64,000 nucleotides of DNA from Octopus sinensis (taxonomy: Eukaryota), in contig NC_042999.1 in NCBI RefSeq assembly GCF_006345805.1, forward strand, positions 160,146,001 through 160,210,000. The letters run 5' to 3'. Both the position numbers and the translations under genes were made by a program. How positions within the stretch are numbered: position 1 is the first letter of the stretch; every line of letters begins with the position of its first letter. Positions 37,467 through 49,345 of this stretch are shown piece after piece. A model generated the notes under the pieces. The model had not been told where the DNA came from, made no database searches, and saw only the letters and a list, made by a program, of their open reading frames with translations.

Positions 37467-37697
37467 AAGGCGGCGAGCTGGCAGAACCGTTAGCACGCCG
37501 GGCGAAATGCGTAGCCGTATTTCGTCTGTCGTTACGTTCCGAGTTCAAATTCCGTCGAGGTCGACTTTGCCTTTCATCCTTTCGGGGTCGAGAAATTAAG
37601 TACCAGTTACGCACTGGGGTCGATGTAATCGACTTAATTCGTTTGTCTGTCCTTGTTTGTCCCCTCTATGTTTAGCCCCTTGTGGGTAATAAAGAAA
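37467..37697 (+). mobile_element. SINE family B
   Basis: Full-length copy. Confidence 0.85.
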
Positions 37698-37852
37698 CAT
37701 ATCTTTATATATCGAGGAATTCAATTCAAATATCCCACAAACAGCGCCAAAAACCAGAGTAAACGCAGCAGTGAAGTTTTAAATATAGGGTAAAAATTAA
37801 ATATCAATTAAAATTTTTTGTATTCATTTTTACCAGTTAAAAAAAAAAGATA

Positions 37853-37914
<62 letters not shown>

Positions 37915-38010
37915 TAATCCAAACATGAAAGCACAAAAAAACACAGCAACGCGAGGAGGTGGAACAAATATAGTATTATTGGACGCCCAGGAAGGAAGGA
38001 AAGAAGGAGG

Positions 38011-38045
38011 GTTTAACGTTTCGAGCGGAGCTCTTCGTCGGAAAC
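38011..38045 (-). ncRNA. Minimal type I hammerhead motif with a CCGACGA core variant
   Basis: GUUU-CCGACGA-A-GAGC(UCC)GCUC-GAAA-CG-UU/AAAC; all three stems pair. Confidence 0.55.
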
Positions 38046-38194
38046 ATAGGAGAAGGAAAGATCCAGAGAAGGGAAGACAGAGGAAAAAAATCGCCAACGG
38101 TACACACGAGGTCGAGGAAACATTCATGAAATTTTATTTACATAAGAGTGAAAAGAAGAGGAAGAAAAACAAAAGAAAAAAAGCAAAACAATTC

Positions 38195-39000
38195 ACCGCC
38201 TTAGGCTGAAAATTTTGGGTGCGCTGGGAAACCTCTCTAATGACTTTTGAAGCACACTTGCAGAGTTGCCGCGGGTGATGGCGAAGCTGATGCGCTGGAG
38301 CAACCAAGCGCCATCACCAGCTTCACCAGTTACCTCTGCTGGGCGAGCTGCCATTGAGGACAGGAATCTCGCAGTCAGTGATCCGACCCCACCAAACGTC
38401 TCGAACGACACAGGATGGAAAATATAGTTGGTCGACAGATCGCGGGACTTCAGGATTTTGTTCCGCTCGGCCGCAGAAGCTGTGGAACTCGCCCTGGCCG
38501 CAGCATCCAGGATGTGAGGAGAAACAAAGGAGTCGCTAACTGACGTTCCAGACAAGGCAACTACCTCTCGACCAGGGGCACAAGGTGAGGCCGTCAGGTC
38601 TTTTTCAATCACATCTGGACAACCCATATGGTTCCAAGATGGAGGGGATGTTTGCTCGGGCCATACTCTTCTTGAGTATAAAGTTCAACTCTGTGTGACG
38701 TGCGAAGCGACCAGCATTCCGGCAGCAAGAAAGATCGTGAAGGCCTGTGGAGTCGAGAAGCTTGTCACAACGACAGCCCAAACCCATGCTCCACTCCGAG
38801 GGCAATGGAAACACGAAGTTCGTCCAAGCTGTGTAGGCCACCAACGTTAGCCACAGGAATGGCATCAACCCAGTCACCTGAGTATTTGGTGTAAGCAGAC
38901 AGTAAGCGGCACCTTGAAAACTGGTCCGACTGGATGAAGAGGAGGTTGAAAGTGGCCTTCGAAATTATGTTGTCCCAAACTCTCTGACTCCGACTCATCC
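38195..39000 (-). pseudogene. 3' fragment of an RLE-type (CRE-like) non-LTR retrotransposon
   Basis: CRC..D..GLHDLSC zinc knuckle, RH motif, KRPDGLTLCPW..G..LVWN, P-S-FETFG; broken by stops and frameshifts. Confidence 0.75.
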
Positions 39001-39229
39001 AACTTTTATTCTTTTACTTGTTTCAGTCATCTGACTGCAGGTATGCTGGAGCACCGCTTTAGTCGAACAACGATCACAGGTATTATTCTTTGTAAGCCTA
39101 GTACTTATTCTATTGGTCTCTTTTGCCGAACCGCAAAGCTACGGGAATGTAAACACACCAACATCGGTTGTCAAACGATGGTAGCGGGGAATAAACACAG
39201 AAACACAAATGTATACATAAATACATATA

Positions 39230-39800
39230 TTGGTGCTGCTGACGGTTTCTTTCACCCTAGTAATGAATCCAGAGTGCAGACCAAGCATGGCTGGAGCTCC
39301 ATCAGTGTACACACTTAACCAGCGAATCCCACGAAAGTTGGTTTTCCTGAAAGAAGTTTGATGCTTCACGAAAAATAGCTGTTGCTGTTGTCACCATAGG
39401 GTGACAGAACAAAATTTCCTCTTTTACACAGTTGCCTGACACAAAAATGAGCATATACCAGTTGCTGAGAACACGATGTCAGTCGTTTCGTCACACAGGA
39501 TGGCAAAAACAGGAGAATCTCTTACTTGGTCGAGAATCTTATCTTTGATGTCTTGATACAGGTCGTCGATCCTTCCCATGACTCTATCGTTTGATAGTGA
39601 AATCTGGGAAAGCTTGTTTGTACTATCTTTCCTCAGAACGATCTCTGCTGCACGTATTAGACAAGGTTTTATGAAAGACTCTCCGATGTTATGGCTTGTA
39701 GTGATGCTATCCAACAGCGCGCGCGCGCAACGCCCTCTCGCGCATACGCGAAGACCGGAAGAGGGAATTTGCTGATGTGGCGTTAGCTGATTAGGCGAAG
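39230..39800 (-). pseudogene. hAT Charlie/Buster-type transposase fragment
   Basis: HNIGESFIKPC...LSNDRV..RI, FAILCDETTD and VYTDGAPAMLG..SGF..RVK motifs. Confidence 0.8.
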
Positions 39801-41162
39801 TGAGCGTGAACCTTAAAAAGACAGAGAGAGATATAGCAGCAGTCAGCAGAAAGCCTTTCATTGTTGCAGACCACATTATCTTCACTCCCTACGGACGCCA
39901 TAGAAGACCAGCTCAGTTTGCTGTTGCACTTGTAAAATTCTTACAAGCGTTAAAGTTTCAGCTCTGACACATCCATACCAAGCGGAACCAAATAACACCT
40001 TATTTCGTACTGTTATAAGAACAATAAAGAATATATATTTTTACTGTTGCGCTTTGAGTTCTTTGACTGGTAGAATCTGGAAATTTAAGCAACGGAAATT
40101 GAATGCACCATTTGCACCCTAAAAGTGCAAGAAGCATCCTATTCCCGTTACAGGCTCTTCTTGCTCTTTACAAATCAACAAGGCGATCTCATAGAAAGCC
40201 TCAACAACCATTGAAGTTTGTTGCCGAAATGTCCTACTACCGTCCAACTTAGCTTGCTTCAAGGAATGTGTTTTTGTTTCAAAGAGTGCTTTGGGCTTGT
40301 CTGCAAGAGCAGGATGTGTTGTCCTCGAGTGGCGTTCCTAGCGTGAGAGTCGCATTCCATCATTGCTCAAAGTTTTGTAACATATCACACACACAGAGAG
40401 GAACCTCTGTGTCACCATTTCGAAGGGACACGAATCTAAATCGAATATATTCGTCAAGATACTTCCATTTCTTTGCGCTCATTGCGAATTATGTGACGTG
40501 CAGTGGACAACACAAACATGTGAACAAAAGATAAGGCGCGTGTAAGTTAATGCCAAGGCCCAAGTTAGAACCATTGGAGTAAAAAGTTCTGAAAACAAAA
40601 AAAAAAACTAAAACAAAAATTTGGAAAAGAAGTTAAATTAAAAGAAAAGTTATACGAAAAATTTGTAGAATAAAATATTGTATTTATTTATACGAAAATA
40701 TTTTTTAAAATTCTTTAAAAAAGAAAAGATTTTGCATAGCTTTTAGTTTTACTTAGTACTTTCTGTAATATTTAGGTCTGAATTTTAGTTTAACACTTGG
40801 ATTTATATTATAATTTTTTTCTTACAAAAAAAAATTAATTATATTTTTAACATATATATTTAATATTAAAGATTTTGCTTTTATTGTTAAAATTTTCTAT
40901 TTTTCCAATCTGTGTTTTAATTTTTTGAGACTTTATTAAATTGAGCGATAGTAGAACCTATCATATTCTTTTTGTTTTATTTGCTATTTTTAAATATATC
41001 GTACTTTTTATCATGCTAAAATATTAAAATAGTTTTCAATTTTTTAAATTAAGTTAATATTTCTTAGTATGTTACTATAATGATTTAGCATGTCTCTTGA
41101 TTTTTAAGAACCACATTATTTCATATATATGAAAACTGTGGATCAAACTTGTTTATAATCTA

Positions 41163-41532
41163 CTAGCAGTATCGCCCGGCGTTGCTCGGGTTTGTAAGGG
41201 AAATAACTATATAAGCATTTTTAGAGAGTTATAGCCAAAAAATAGCAAAAAATGCATTAAAAATAGTTGACTCATCGTAGACATTTTTAGAGAGTTACTT
41301 TCCTTATATAATAGCGAAAAAAATGCATTAAAAATGGGAAAAATTGATGGTAAATTTTTTTTTAAATCGTAGACTCATCGTTGACGCGCGCTAATACCCA
41401 GTAGGGCTCGATATGAATCACGACTATAAGATACCCGGTTTTGGTTAAACTGCACCGCAAAATGTGGGAGTAGTTAGGAATCTAAATCGTAGGAGACAGA
41501 CACTCACACAACTTCACTTTTATTTATAAAGA
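41163..41532 (-). mobile_element. Helitron H1
   Basis: CTAG / TC termini as in the other copies. Confidence 0.8.
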
Positions 41533-42733
41533 TTAACTGAAAAAAATATTTGTCTTTACATGATAATATCTAAGCTTTATACCAGTGGTTCTTAACCTGA
41601 GTCTTGTAACAAAACAAATTACAAAATAAAGGCAAATGTCAAAGCTACAATTCAGAATTAGTGAGGGTTTTGAGGGATATGAAGTGGGGGTCAATAAGTA
41701 CAGAAAATGGTAAGCGACCCTAAGATAGTAGAATAAGAAAACTAAAAGTATAAGGCGATACTTTGGCATTTTTTTCATAGATTTCTTATCATTTGACCAT
41801 GCTCTCGTTAAGAGAATAGCAAATATAATTTGAGAAATTCCTGCTTTTTCTCAAGGGCTCGCACCCCACTTTGAAACTTCTGCCGACCCCAGGTTAAGAA
41901 CCCCTGGTCTAAAGATAGATATAATATAGAGTGATGGGAGGAGGTGGGACAAGTGGGTGGAATGAGAGAAGCAACTCAAAAGAGCAGAGGCTACTCTCGG
42001 AGCAGTTGAAAAGACAGTGTTGTGACAACACATCAGCAGGCCACAGGCTTGAGTGTGTTGGCGAGTAACTCCAAGCAAATCAGTTCGATGACCTTTCTTA
42101 GATGCAGTCGAAGATACCTGAATGTGTAGAAACAGCACTGTCACAGCTGTGTGAGCAATATTCCATTGTGAGTCTCTCCTGAACTTTGTAGAGTATTAGT
42201 AGTTGTTAGAGCATAACGTATTTTCTGAAGAGAAAGATCACTCGTTGTGACGGTGTCTTTGCTACATTAAGGCTGTACGTTGGCCAAGATGTGGCCTTTC
42301 CCTTCTAGCGAAATTAAGAAGTATTGTTGCATGCTATTCATGTTTATAAGTTTTCGTGATATACATAATGATTGTGTTTTTCTGCTGTTGGAAGAAACAA
42401 CTCTTGAATATCACCATTGGGGGACATTATCGATATCTCTAGTCATGGAGTCAATGCGGTTTTTTTTTCGAAGTGTCTAGGTTATGTGTGAATAATGTTT
42501 ACTTGTGGAAGGGAGGGAAGAGTAGTTTCATTTGCACAGGCGTAGTGGAGCTGATAGTAAGTAAATTGTTGATATAGAAAGAGAAAAAGCACAGTATATA
42601 AAACCAGCGTTGAGAGAGCGTGGGTCAGATAGAGCTCAGAGAGGCTATGATTGTGGTCCATAGCTGACAGAATACTTAGGAGATTCCCATGCTAAGTACA
42701 AGCGAAGATTTGTTGTTGCCAAATACATTTTTT

Positions 42734-43147
42734 GGATCTTTTCGGTTTGAACGGCAGTTTTTTCTAGCGGTGTCATATGAAATTGTCAGCCATAATTATG
42801 ACCCTAGTATCGATCTATTGCATTTCAATTTGTTTTAGGGTTAGGGGTGGGGGGAAGGGTATCTTTTTTTCTTCACAAATGTAAATAAACCCAATCTGTT
42901 TCTTAAACGAGGGACATATTCATACGGCACAGAATGTTTTTTTTTACCTCAACAGACGTCAGTGATTGGTTGAAATTGCAGAAATTGAAGAAAAAAAACA
43001 ACAAATATCTTACAAACTATAGAATTTTCTCAATAAAGCCAAGAGAAAAAGATGTTTTATAAACACATTCTACCAGTATACGAAGTTTAACATTTTTTAG
43101 TTACCTAGAAATTATGTTAAAAATTGCCGTTCAAACCGAAAAGATCC
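42734..43147. mobile_element. MITE with GGATCTTTTCGGTTTGAACGGCA TIRs and 8-bp TSD (Merlin-like)
   Basis: TSD CATTTTTT at 42726-42733 and 43148-43155. Confidence 0.85.
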
Positions 43148-43399
43148 CATTTTTTCACTAATTTCCCGTGGCGATGGCCCACTGATGAGCGACAGAGGAG
43201 AGTAGGATTCCAGTAGGATTGGTTTTATAGAGACTGCTCTGGTGGAAATTATGTGGGAAGGAGATTCAATTTATTGAAGAAGAAGGAGATTGTTTAATGA
43301 CTACCTTCATCATCGAAGTAAGAGCTATAGGTCGATCGTCGGCGGGAATCAGTGATGTTGCTCTTCTTGGGAATGTGATATACTGTAGCGTGTTTTAAA

Positions 43400-43417
43400 T
43401 ATTGAGGTAGATCCCAG

Positions 43418-43505
<88 letters not shown>
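43400..43505. repeat. (AG)n microsatellite
   Basis: Seen directly. Confidence 0.95.
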
Positions 43506-43506
<1 letters not shown>

Positions 43507-44537
43507 CGGGTTGAAGGATTTGGAAAAGCTCGGGGATGCAGCACTTCAGGTTAATAGAAGGTGTATATTTTTGGAACAGTAACCTTGTTGATTCAAAATA
43601 ACCGGTAGTACTTTTGCACTTGACATACGTTGGTGTGGAGAGGAATAGTTCTGGAGAGGATTCACAAAAAGCGTGCAGTGTGAAGTTGGAGGCAAAACGG
43701 GCAGCAAATGTAGAGGCTTCCTCCAAGAGTACCTCTTGTAGACCCATCATGTTTGAGATATGGAGGAAAGGAAGATGCCACAAAGTTGGTGGATATACAT
43801 TTTACAAAAGACCAAAAAGGATTAACTGCAGGGTGGAAGGTGCGAGAACTTGCGGTCTGAGGAACATGAAAGGCATCTTTCGCATTTCGGAAGATGGTTT
43901 TACCGGAGTTGAGATGGTGAGTAAAAGCCGTCCAATTTGAGGGAGTTAGGGGATTTTGTCTAAGCATTGTAGGCCTTTTAAAAATGTTTAAATAATTTCT
44001 GTAGTACAGCTGTAAGTGAACCATTTGTCAGAATTTGGTTTTTATGAAGTTTGATTGTGTATGATGTGGTGAGATATGGCGAGAAAGCAAGTTCCACTCC
44101 TCCACTTAACTGTCTCTGATGGATCGGAGATGAAGCACGTGCACTGCCAAAGATAGGACAGGACTGATAGAGTTCTGACCAGTCAGCTAACTTTATGTGT
44201 CATAGGGTCCAAAAAGTCGTCGGGTGGTGATGTGTTTGGGAGTATGTGGCGGATAGTCGAGATAAGACTGTACTGTTATGGTAACCTTTCAATTTTTATC
44301 TGTTATTTGGTCAGTAATTTATCTAGTTTCGAGAAACAAACTATCGAAGTAATATTTAAAAAAAAAAACAAAAAGAAAAAAAATATTTCTAGCAGCCTAA
44401 AAGCAACATGTTATCGTTTAACTCCCGATCAATTCTGAGCAGATTAATGTCAGAAAGCATTGCATTCCGTCTTTTTAGAGGTATCTACGACTTCGCCATC
44501 TTTATTTTTAAAAATCCATTTGAGAGATTATATACGA

Positions 44538-45441
44538 CTAGCAGTATCGCCCGGCGTTGCTCGGGTTTGTAAGGGAAATAACTATATAAGCATTTTTAGA
44601 GAGTTATAGCCAAAAAATAGCAAAAAAATGCATTAAAAATGGAAAAAAAATGATGGTAAATTTTTTTAAAAATCGTTGACTCATCGTAGACATTTTTAGA
44701 GAGTTACTTCCTTTATTTAATAGCGAAAAAAATGCATTAAAATGGAAAAAAATGATGGTAAATTTTTTTTAAATCGTAGACGCGCGCTAATACCCAGAAG
44801 GGCTTGATATGAATCACGACTATAAGATACCCGGTTTTGGTTAAACTGCACCGCAAAATGTGGGAGTAGTTAGGAATCTAAATCGTAGGAGACAGACACA
44901 CAACCTTACTTTTATATATAAAGACTAGCAGTATCGCCCGGCGTTGCTCGGGTTTGTAAGGGAAATAACTATATAAGCATTTTTAGAGAGTTACTTCCTT
45001 TATAGATGCCAATTCGGGCTTTCTTAGCCATTTCTGTTTTGGTGTCTTCAAGCCATGAAGTCGTTGTTCTAAAAGAACGCTGGTCTCCTTGACAACGCAT
45101 TACGACGTTGATTTCCTTTAACTCCCTTCCCCACAGCTTCACGATGGAGGGAAGAAGGGGGAGAAGCAAACACAGGTGCAGGTGTTTGAGCGTGGACGCC
45201 AACTCCGCCGCCATCGACACACGAAAAATTATGCATTAAAATAGAATAAAAAAGGATGTTAAATTATTTTTAAAATCGTAGACTCATCGTAGACGCACGC
45301 TAATAGCCAGACGGGCTCGATATTAATCACGACTATAATATACCCGAATTTGGTTAAACTGCACCGCAAAATGTGGGAGGAGTTAGGAATCTAAATCGTA
45401 GGAGACAGACATTCACACAACTACAGTTTTATATATATAGA
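44538..45441 (-). mobile_element. Two Helitron H1 copies fused head-to-tail (44538-44924 and 44925-45441)
   Basis: Junction AAAGA|CTAGC, i.e. CTAG|TC on the minus strand with no spacer. Confidence 0.85.
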
Positions 45442-45654
45442 TATGTAATTGCAGTTAAATCTTTCCGAAATTACGTACACTACAAATTTGAGGGAGATTT
45501 TCCTGTTATTTCTAACATGTTAGAGCGTCGGACAAAATAACTGCAGTATTTCGTTACAATTCTTTACATGCTTCGTTCAAATCCTATCGAGATCAACTTT
45601 ATCTTTCTCCCTTCCATGGTCGATAAAATATAACACCAGTCAAGTACAAGAATA

Positions 45655-46076
45655 GGATCTTTTCGGTTTGTACGGCAGTTTTTCTAGCGGTGTCATATGA
45701 AATTGTCACCCATAATTATGACCCTAGTATCGATCTATTGCATTTCAATCTCTTTTAGGGTTAGGGTTAGTTAGGGTTAGGGGTGGGGGAAGGGTATTTT
45801 TTCTTCGAAAATGTAAATAAACCCAATCTGTTTCTTAAACGAGGGACATATTCATACGGCACATAATGTTGTTTACCTCAATGGACGTCAGTGATTGGTT
45901 GAAATTGCAGAAATTGAAGAAAAAAACAACAAATATCTTACAAACTATAGAATTTTCTCAATAAAGCCAAGAGAAAAAGATGTTTTATAAACACATTCTA
46001 CCAGTATACGAAGTTTAAAATTTTTTTAGTTACCTAGAAATTATGTTAAAAATTGCCGTTCAAACCGAAAAGATCC
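45655..46076. mobile_element. Second Merlin-like MITE copy
   Basis: TSD CAAGAATA at 45647-45654 and 46077-46084. Confidence 0.85.
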
Positions 46077-46853
46077 CAAGAATAGATTTAATATTTCAGT
46101 AAAGTATCCCAGGTTTGATTGGAACAATCATATATGAAGAGCGCGTAAGTTGCTGCGATTGGAAATCGTTTTCTATTTAATATGCAATGGATTTGTAATT
46201 TCAATTCTGCATCATATATTGTACAACTAATTATTACTAGCAAGAAAGAAAATTCTATATTTTCTAATTTTAGCACAAATTATATTCCATATTTCTCTGT
46301 CTCTTGTCAAAACATTGCATTCGCTTCAAACATCGCTTTTGTATTTGTTTTGCACAAACTTGTCCGAAAGAAAGGCCTCAGGAGCTGACCTCTTCTATCA
46401 TTATTGAAGAACTGATGGAAGTAGACGTATATCATACTATATAATATATTGGTTAGCATGCTGTTAATTGTGGGAAACAGATATCATTCTCAGTTTGAGC
46501 AATGTGAATGTCTAGGCAACAATACTTAACACCAACCATTGAAAATTTTAAAGTTCAGCGTGACACGCTGAAACGATCAGTTTACCAGCTGCAAACGAGT
46601 GGTCTTTGTTCGCAATGCAGCCTCGGAAAGATTATTCTGCTCTCATGTGATTTTTCAGGGTCGTTCATCACCTTACTCCCCACCACTACAGACACACTTA
46701 TTATCTGCAAAGCAGGGCTTTTAATCTTGTATTTGTGCTTGTTATTACAGTGATTTTGATAGTAAAATAACAAAGAAGTCCGCTTTAAGTAGATATTAAC
46801 CACTCGTTTAAAGTCTGAAGAAATTTCAAAGTTGTTTTATTTATTTATATATA

Positions 46854-47230
46854 CTAGCAGTATCGCCCGGGAAATAACTATATAAGCATTTTTAGAGATG
46901 TAAAGTATAATAGCCATCTCAATATGGCTAACCACAAGGGGGGGGGGTGTTACTGTAGCTTTTTACGTTCTGAGATCTAATAATAAATTTTTAGAGAGTT
47001 ATTTCCCTTATATATGCCAAAAATGGATTAAAAATGGGAAAAATTTATCGTAATTTTTTTTAAAATCGTAGACTCATCGTAGACGCGCGCTAATACCCAG
47101 AAGGGCTCGATATGAATCACGACTATAAGATACCCGGTTTTGGTTAAACTGCACCGCAAAATGTGGGAGTAGTTAGGAATCTAAATTGTAGGAGACAGAC
47201 AACACACAACCTTACTTTTATATATAAAGA
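46854..47230 (-). mobile_element. Helitron H1 with part of the 3' hairpin deleted
   Basis: CTAGCAGTATCGCCCGG|GAAATAAC lacks the CGTTGCTCGGGTTTGTAAG segment. Confidence 0.8.
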
Positions 47231-47741
47231 TATTTGATTATTATTTTTAAAATTTCAGCTTATTGGGTACATCACTATTTTCTTTTATGACATCGGCATT
47301 ATAGCATGTTAACAAAAACAGAGTAATGTGACATACATACTAATTTCAATTTTGGTTCATCCAAAGGAAATGCTTAGAAAGTAATTCTAAATAATCTTGA
47401 TGCGTTGATTCTGTAGCGATTGAGCAGATATGTTATGAAAGGCGTCCCAACTCTGGCCATCCCGTTCTTCTCAGAGGCATTGTGTACCAAGGACTACGTT
47501 ATCCAATCTGTTCCTCCTCTTCTGACAAATCTAATAAACTAAATTTTTAAAAAAATGTATTAGCAATATTACCGATAGGTAACATTTATCCCCACTGAAA
47601 CGTGGATGTTCTGTTAAAAAAAAAACTATACTGTGGTAGATACCAGGAGAGAAACCATCATATTCACTTTTTAGTGCAAAATGCACTCTTGCTTAAATCG
47701 CTAGCGGGGAGATAAAATCCTCGCTACCTCCAGCGCCGAGA

Positions 47742-47788
47742 CCACCAGATCGCCTGATTTCAACCTTGTTTAGTCTCGTCAGTGATGG
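47742..47788 (-). ncRNA. Type I hammerhead ribozyme with intact core; predicted cleavage after C at 47748
   Basis: CCAUCA-CUGACGA-GACU(AAACAA)GGUU-GAAA-UC(AGGC)GA-UC/UGGUGG; stems I, II and III all pair. Confidence 0.8.
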
Positions 47789-48218
47789 ATGCGCGATCGC
47801 TAGAGGCGATAGCGATTCATTAAAAAATACAGTCGAGCGTATTCTGAGCTAGATTTTACTGCTATTTATAACAGGACAGGCGATCACGTATTGCAGATGT
47901 AGGGTCGGACACGTTGCCTGCATTCAAACTTAAAACTATTTGCAGTGAAGTTTTCATAAACCCATATGGAAAAGGTTTAGACCTTAGAAGCTCAAACAGT
48001 AATTTAATATGAGTTGCATATCTATGAATTTACAGATTCGTAATCTGCTTGAGGACATATATGCCATAACAAGTTCTTACAATTGATATAGTGGCTCTTT
48101 CATTGTCTAGTATTTTAATCGCGGATGTTTCCATGTAGCAGAGGAGATGGCGACCGATAAGCATGTTCACCATAGAGACTTTGTCGAGATAAGAAAGCCT
48201 CACCCGTGGTTGGAGCAG

Positions 48219-49345
48219 TGTCGGGAAGGGACTATGCTGAATTGGTCTTTCCACATTGGGTCAATTAAAAGCGCTGAAATCTCTTAATTCGGACAAGCCA
48301 AGTGAGTGCCTTCCACTCCACTTCGGGTCGAGGTCCTAATTCGAGGTCCCTGGCTGAATCGTAAAAGCAGGGCATACGATATCGATGGGCCATGCTGGAG
48401 TATCGAAAATCCCACTACCCCGCGTGCTCACCCGGCTACCTCGGGACACTTGGAATCGCACTGACTGCCGTTGATCTGCTTTAGACTCACCGACCCCACG
48501 ACTGGAAGCTGGCTGGATCTGGGACCACCGCAGTGCCCGGCGTCCCCGGTAGCACCGCTCATCTTAAAACAACGGTTGTTTAGGTGCGCTTATGATCCGT
48601 TTGTTCAGCTGGCGAATCAACTGACTGCAGATGCATGCACCCACTGGACGCGTGAACCTGTCCACGAAAGCCTAGAATCCTAGGGGTAACTGAATAGACC
48701 AGTTCCTGACTCGTCGACTGGGTTGAATGCTCGACCAGTAAACTGTGTGCTGCTTTGGATACATCGGTTGTATACCTCTTGCAGCCCCTCAGCGGGAAAC
48801 TGGCTGGATCCAGGACTACTGCAACGCCTGGCAACGCATGTGGCATCGCCCACCTACATAGGTGGCATCGGGTATTTAGGTGCAGTTATGATCCGCCCAG
48901 ATTGTTGGCGCGTCGATTATTGGACAGATTAGTGTACCTCATAGACGCGTAGCCTGGTCCACGAAAGCTGAGTGTCGCAGGGGGGAAGTGGTCCACGTTC
49001 ACGGGATAGGCTTGAAGAGAGAGCAACCCTTGCAACACTCCGTGCACCCGGAGTGCAGTCATCTTTTGGGTTCGGCTACAGAGAATACGTTCGTCGGCTC
49101 GGTATCGCAGATCTGTCTGGGTGGTGGGCAGGTCAGGGGTCCACCGCTTATATCAGAGTCAGGTCACTGGTCAGGTTTCGGACGTCGTTTCCTGCGTGCT
49201 TGGCTTAGCTCTCTGGACGCGTGGTAGCGTCCACCTTAAAAACGGTATTGACTCGACAACTCGGATATAACAACAATGGGCTCGGACGTGTGTGACAACC
49301 GATGCTGTTGACGAATTGCGGTGGGACCGCCCACGTAACGCCAAA
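48219..49345. repeat. GC/CpG-rich LTR-like segment with two diverged internal repeats
   Basis: TGTC (48219) ... GACA (49297) ends but no matching TSD; conserved blocks repeated at ~48500-48670 and ~48795-48968. Confidence 0.35.

Larger units (their letters stand above)
42450..44250 (-). pseudogene. Decayed CR1/Jockey-like LINE ORF2, interrupted by a MITE and (AG)n
   Basis: FWSFVKCISTNFVASSFPPYL..DGS...FAARFASNFTL, and downstream LFLFYINNL..YA..ETTL. Confidence 0.5.

Noticed and set aside
48219-49297. Confident solo-LTR call
   Set aside because: TG..CA ends exist, but the flanks (GAGCAG versus ACCGAT) give no TSD. Kept only as low-confidence LTR-like.
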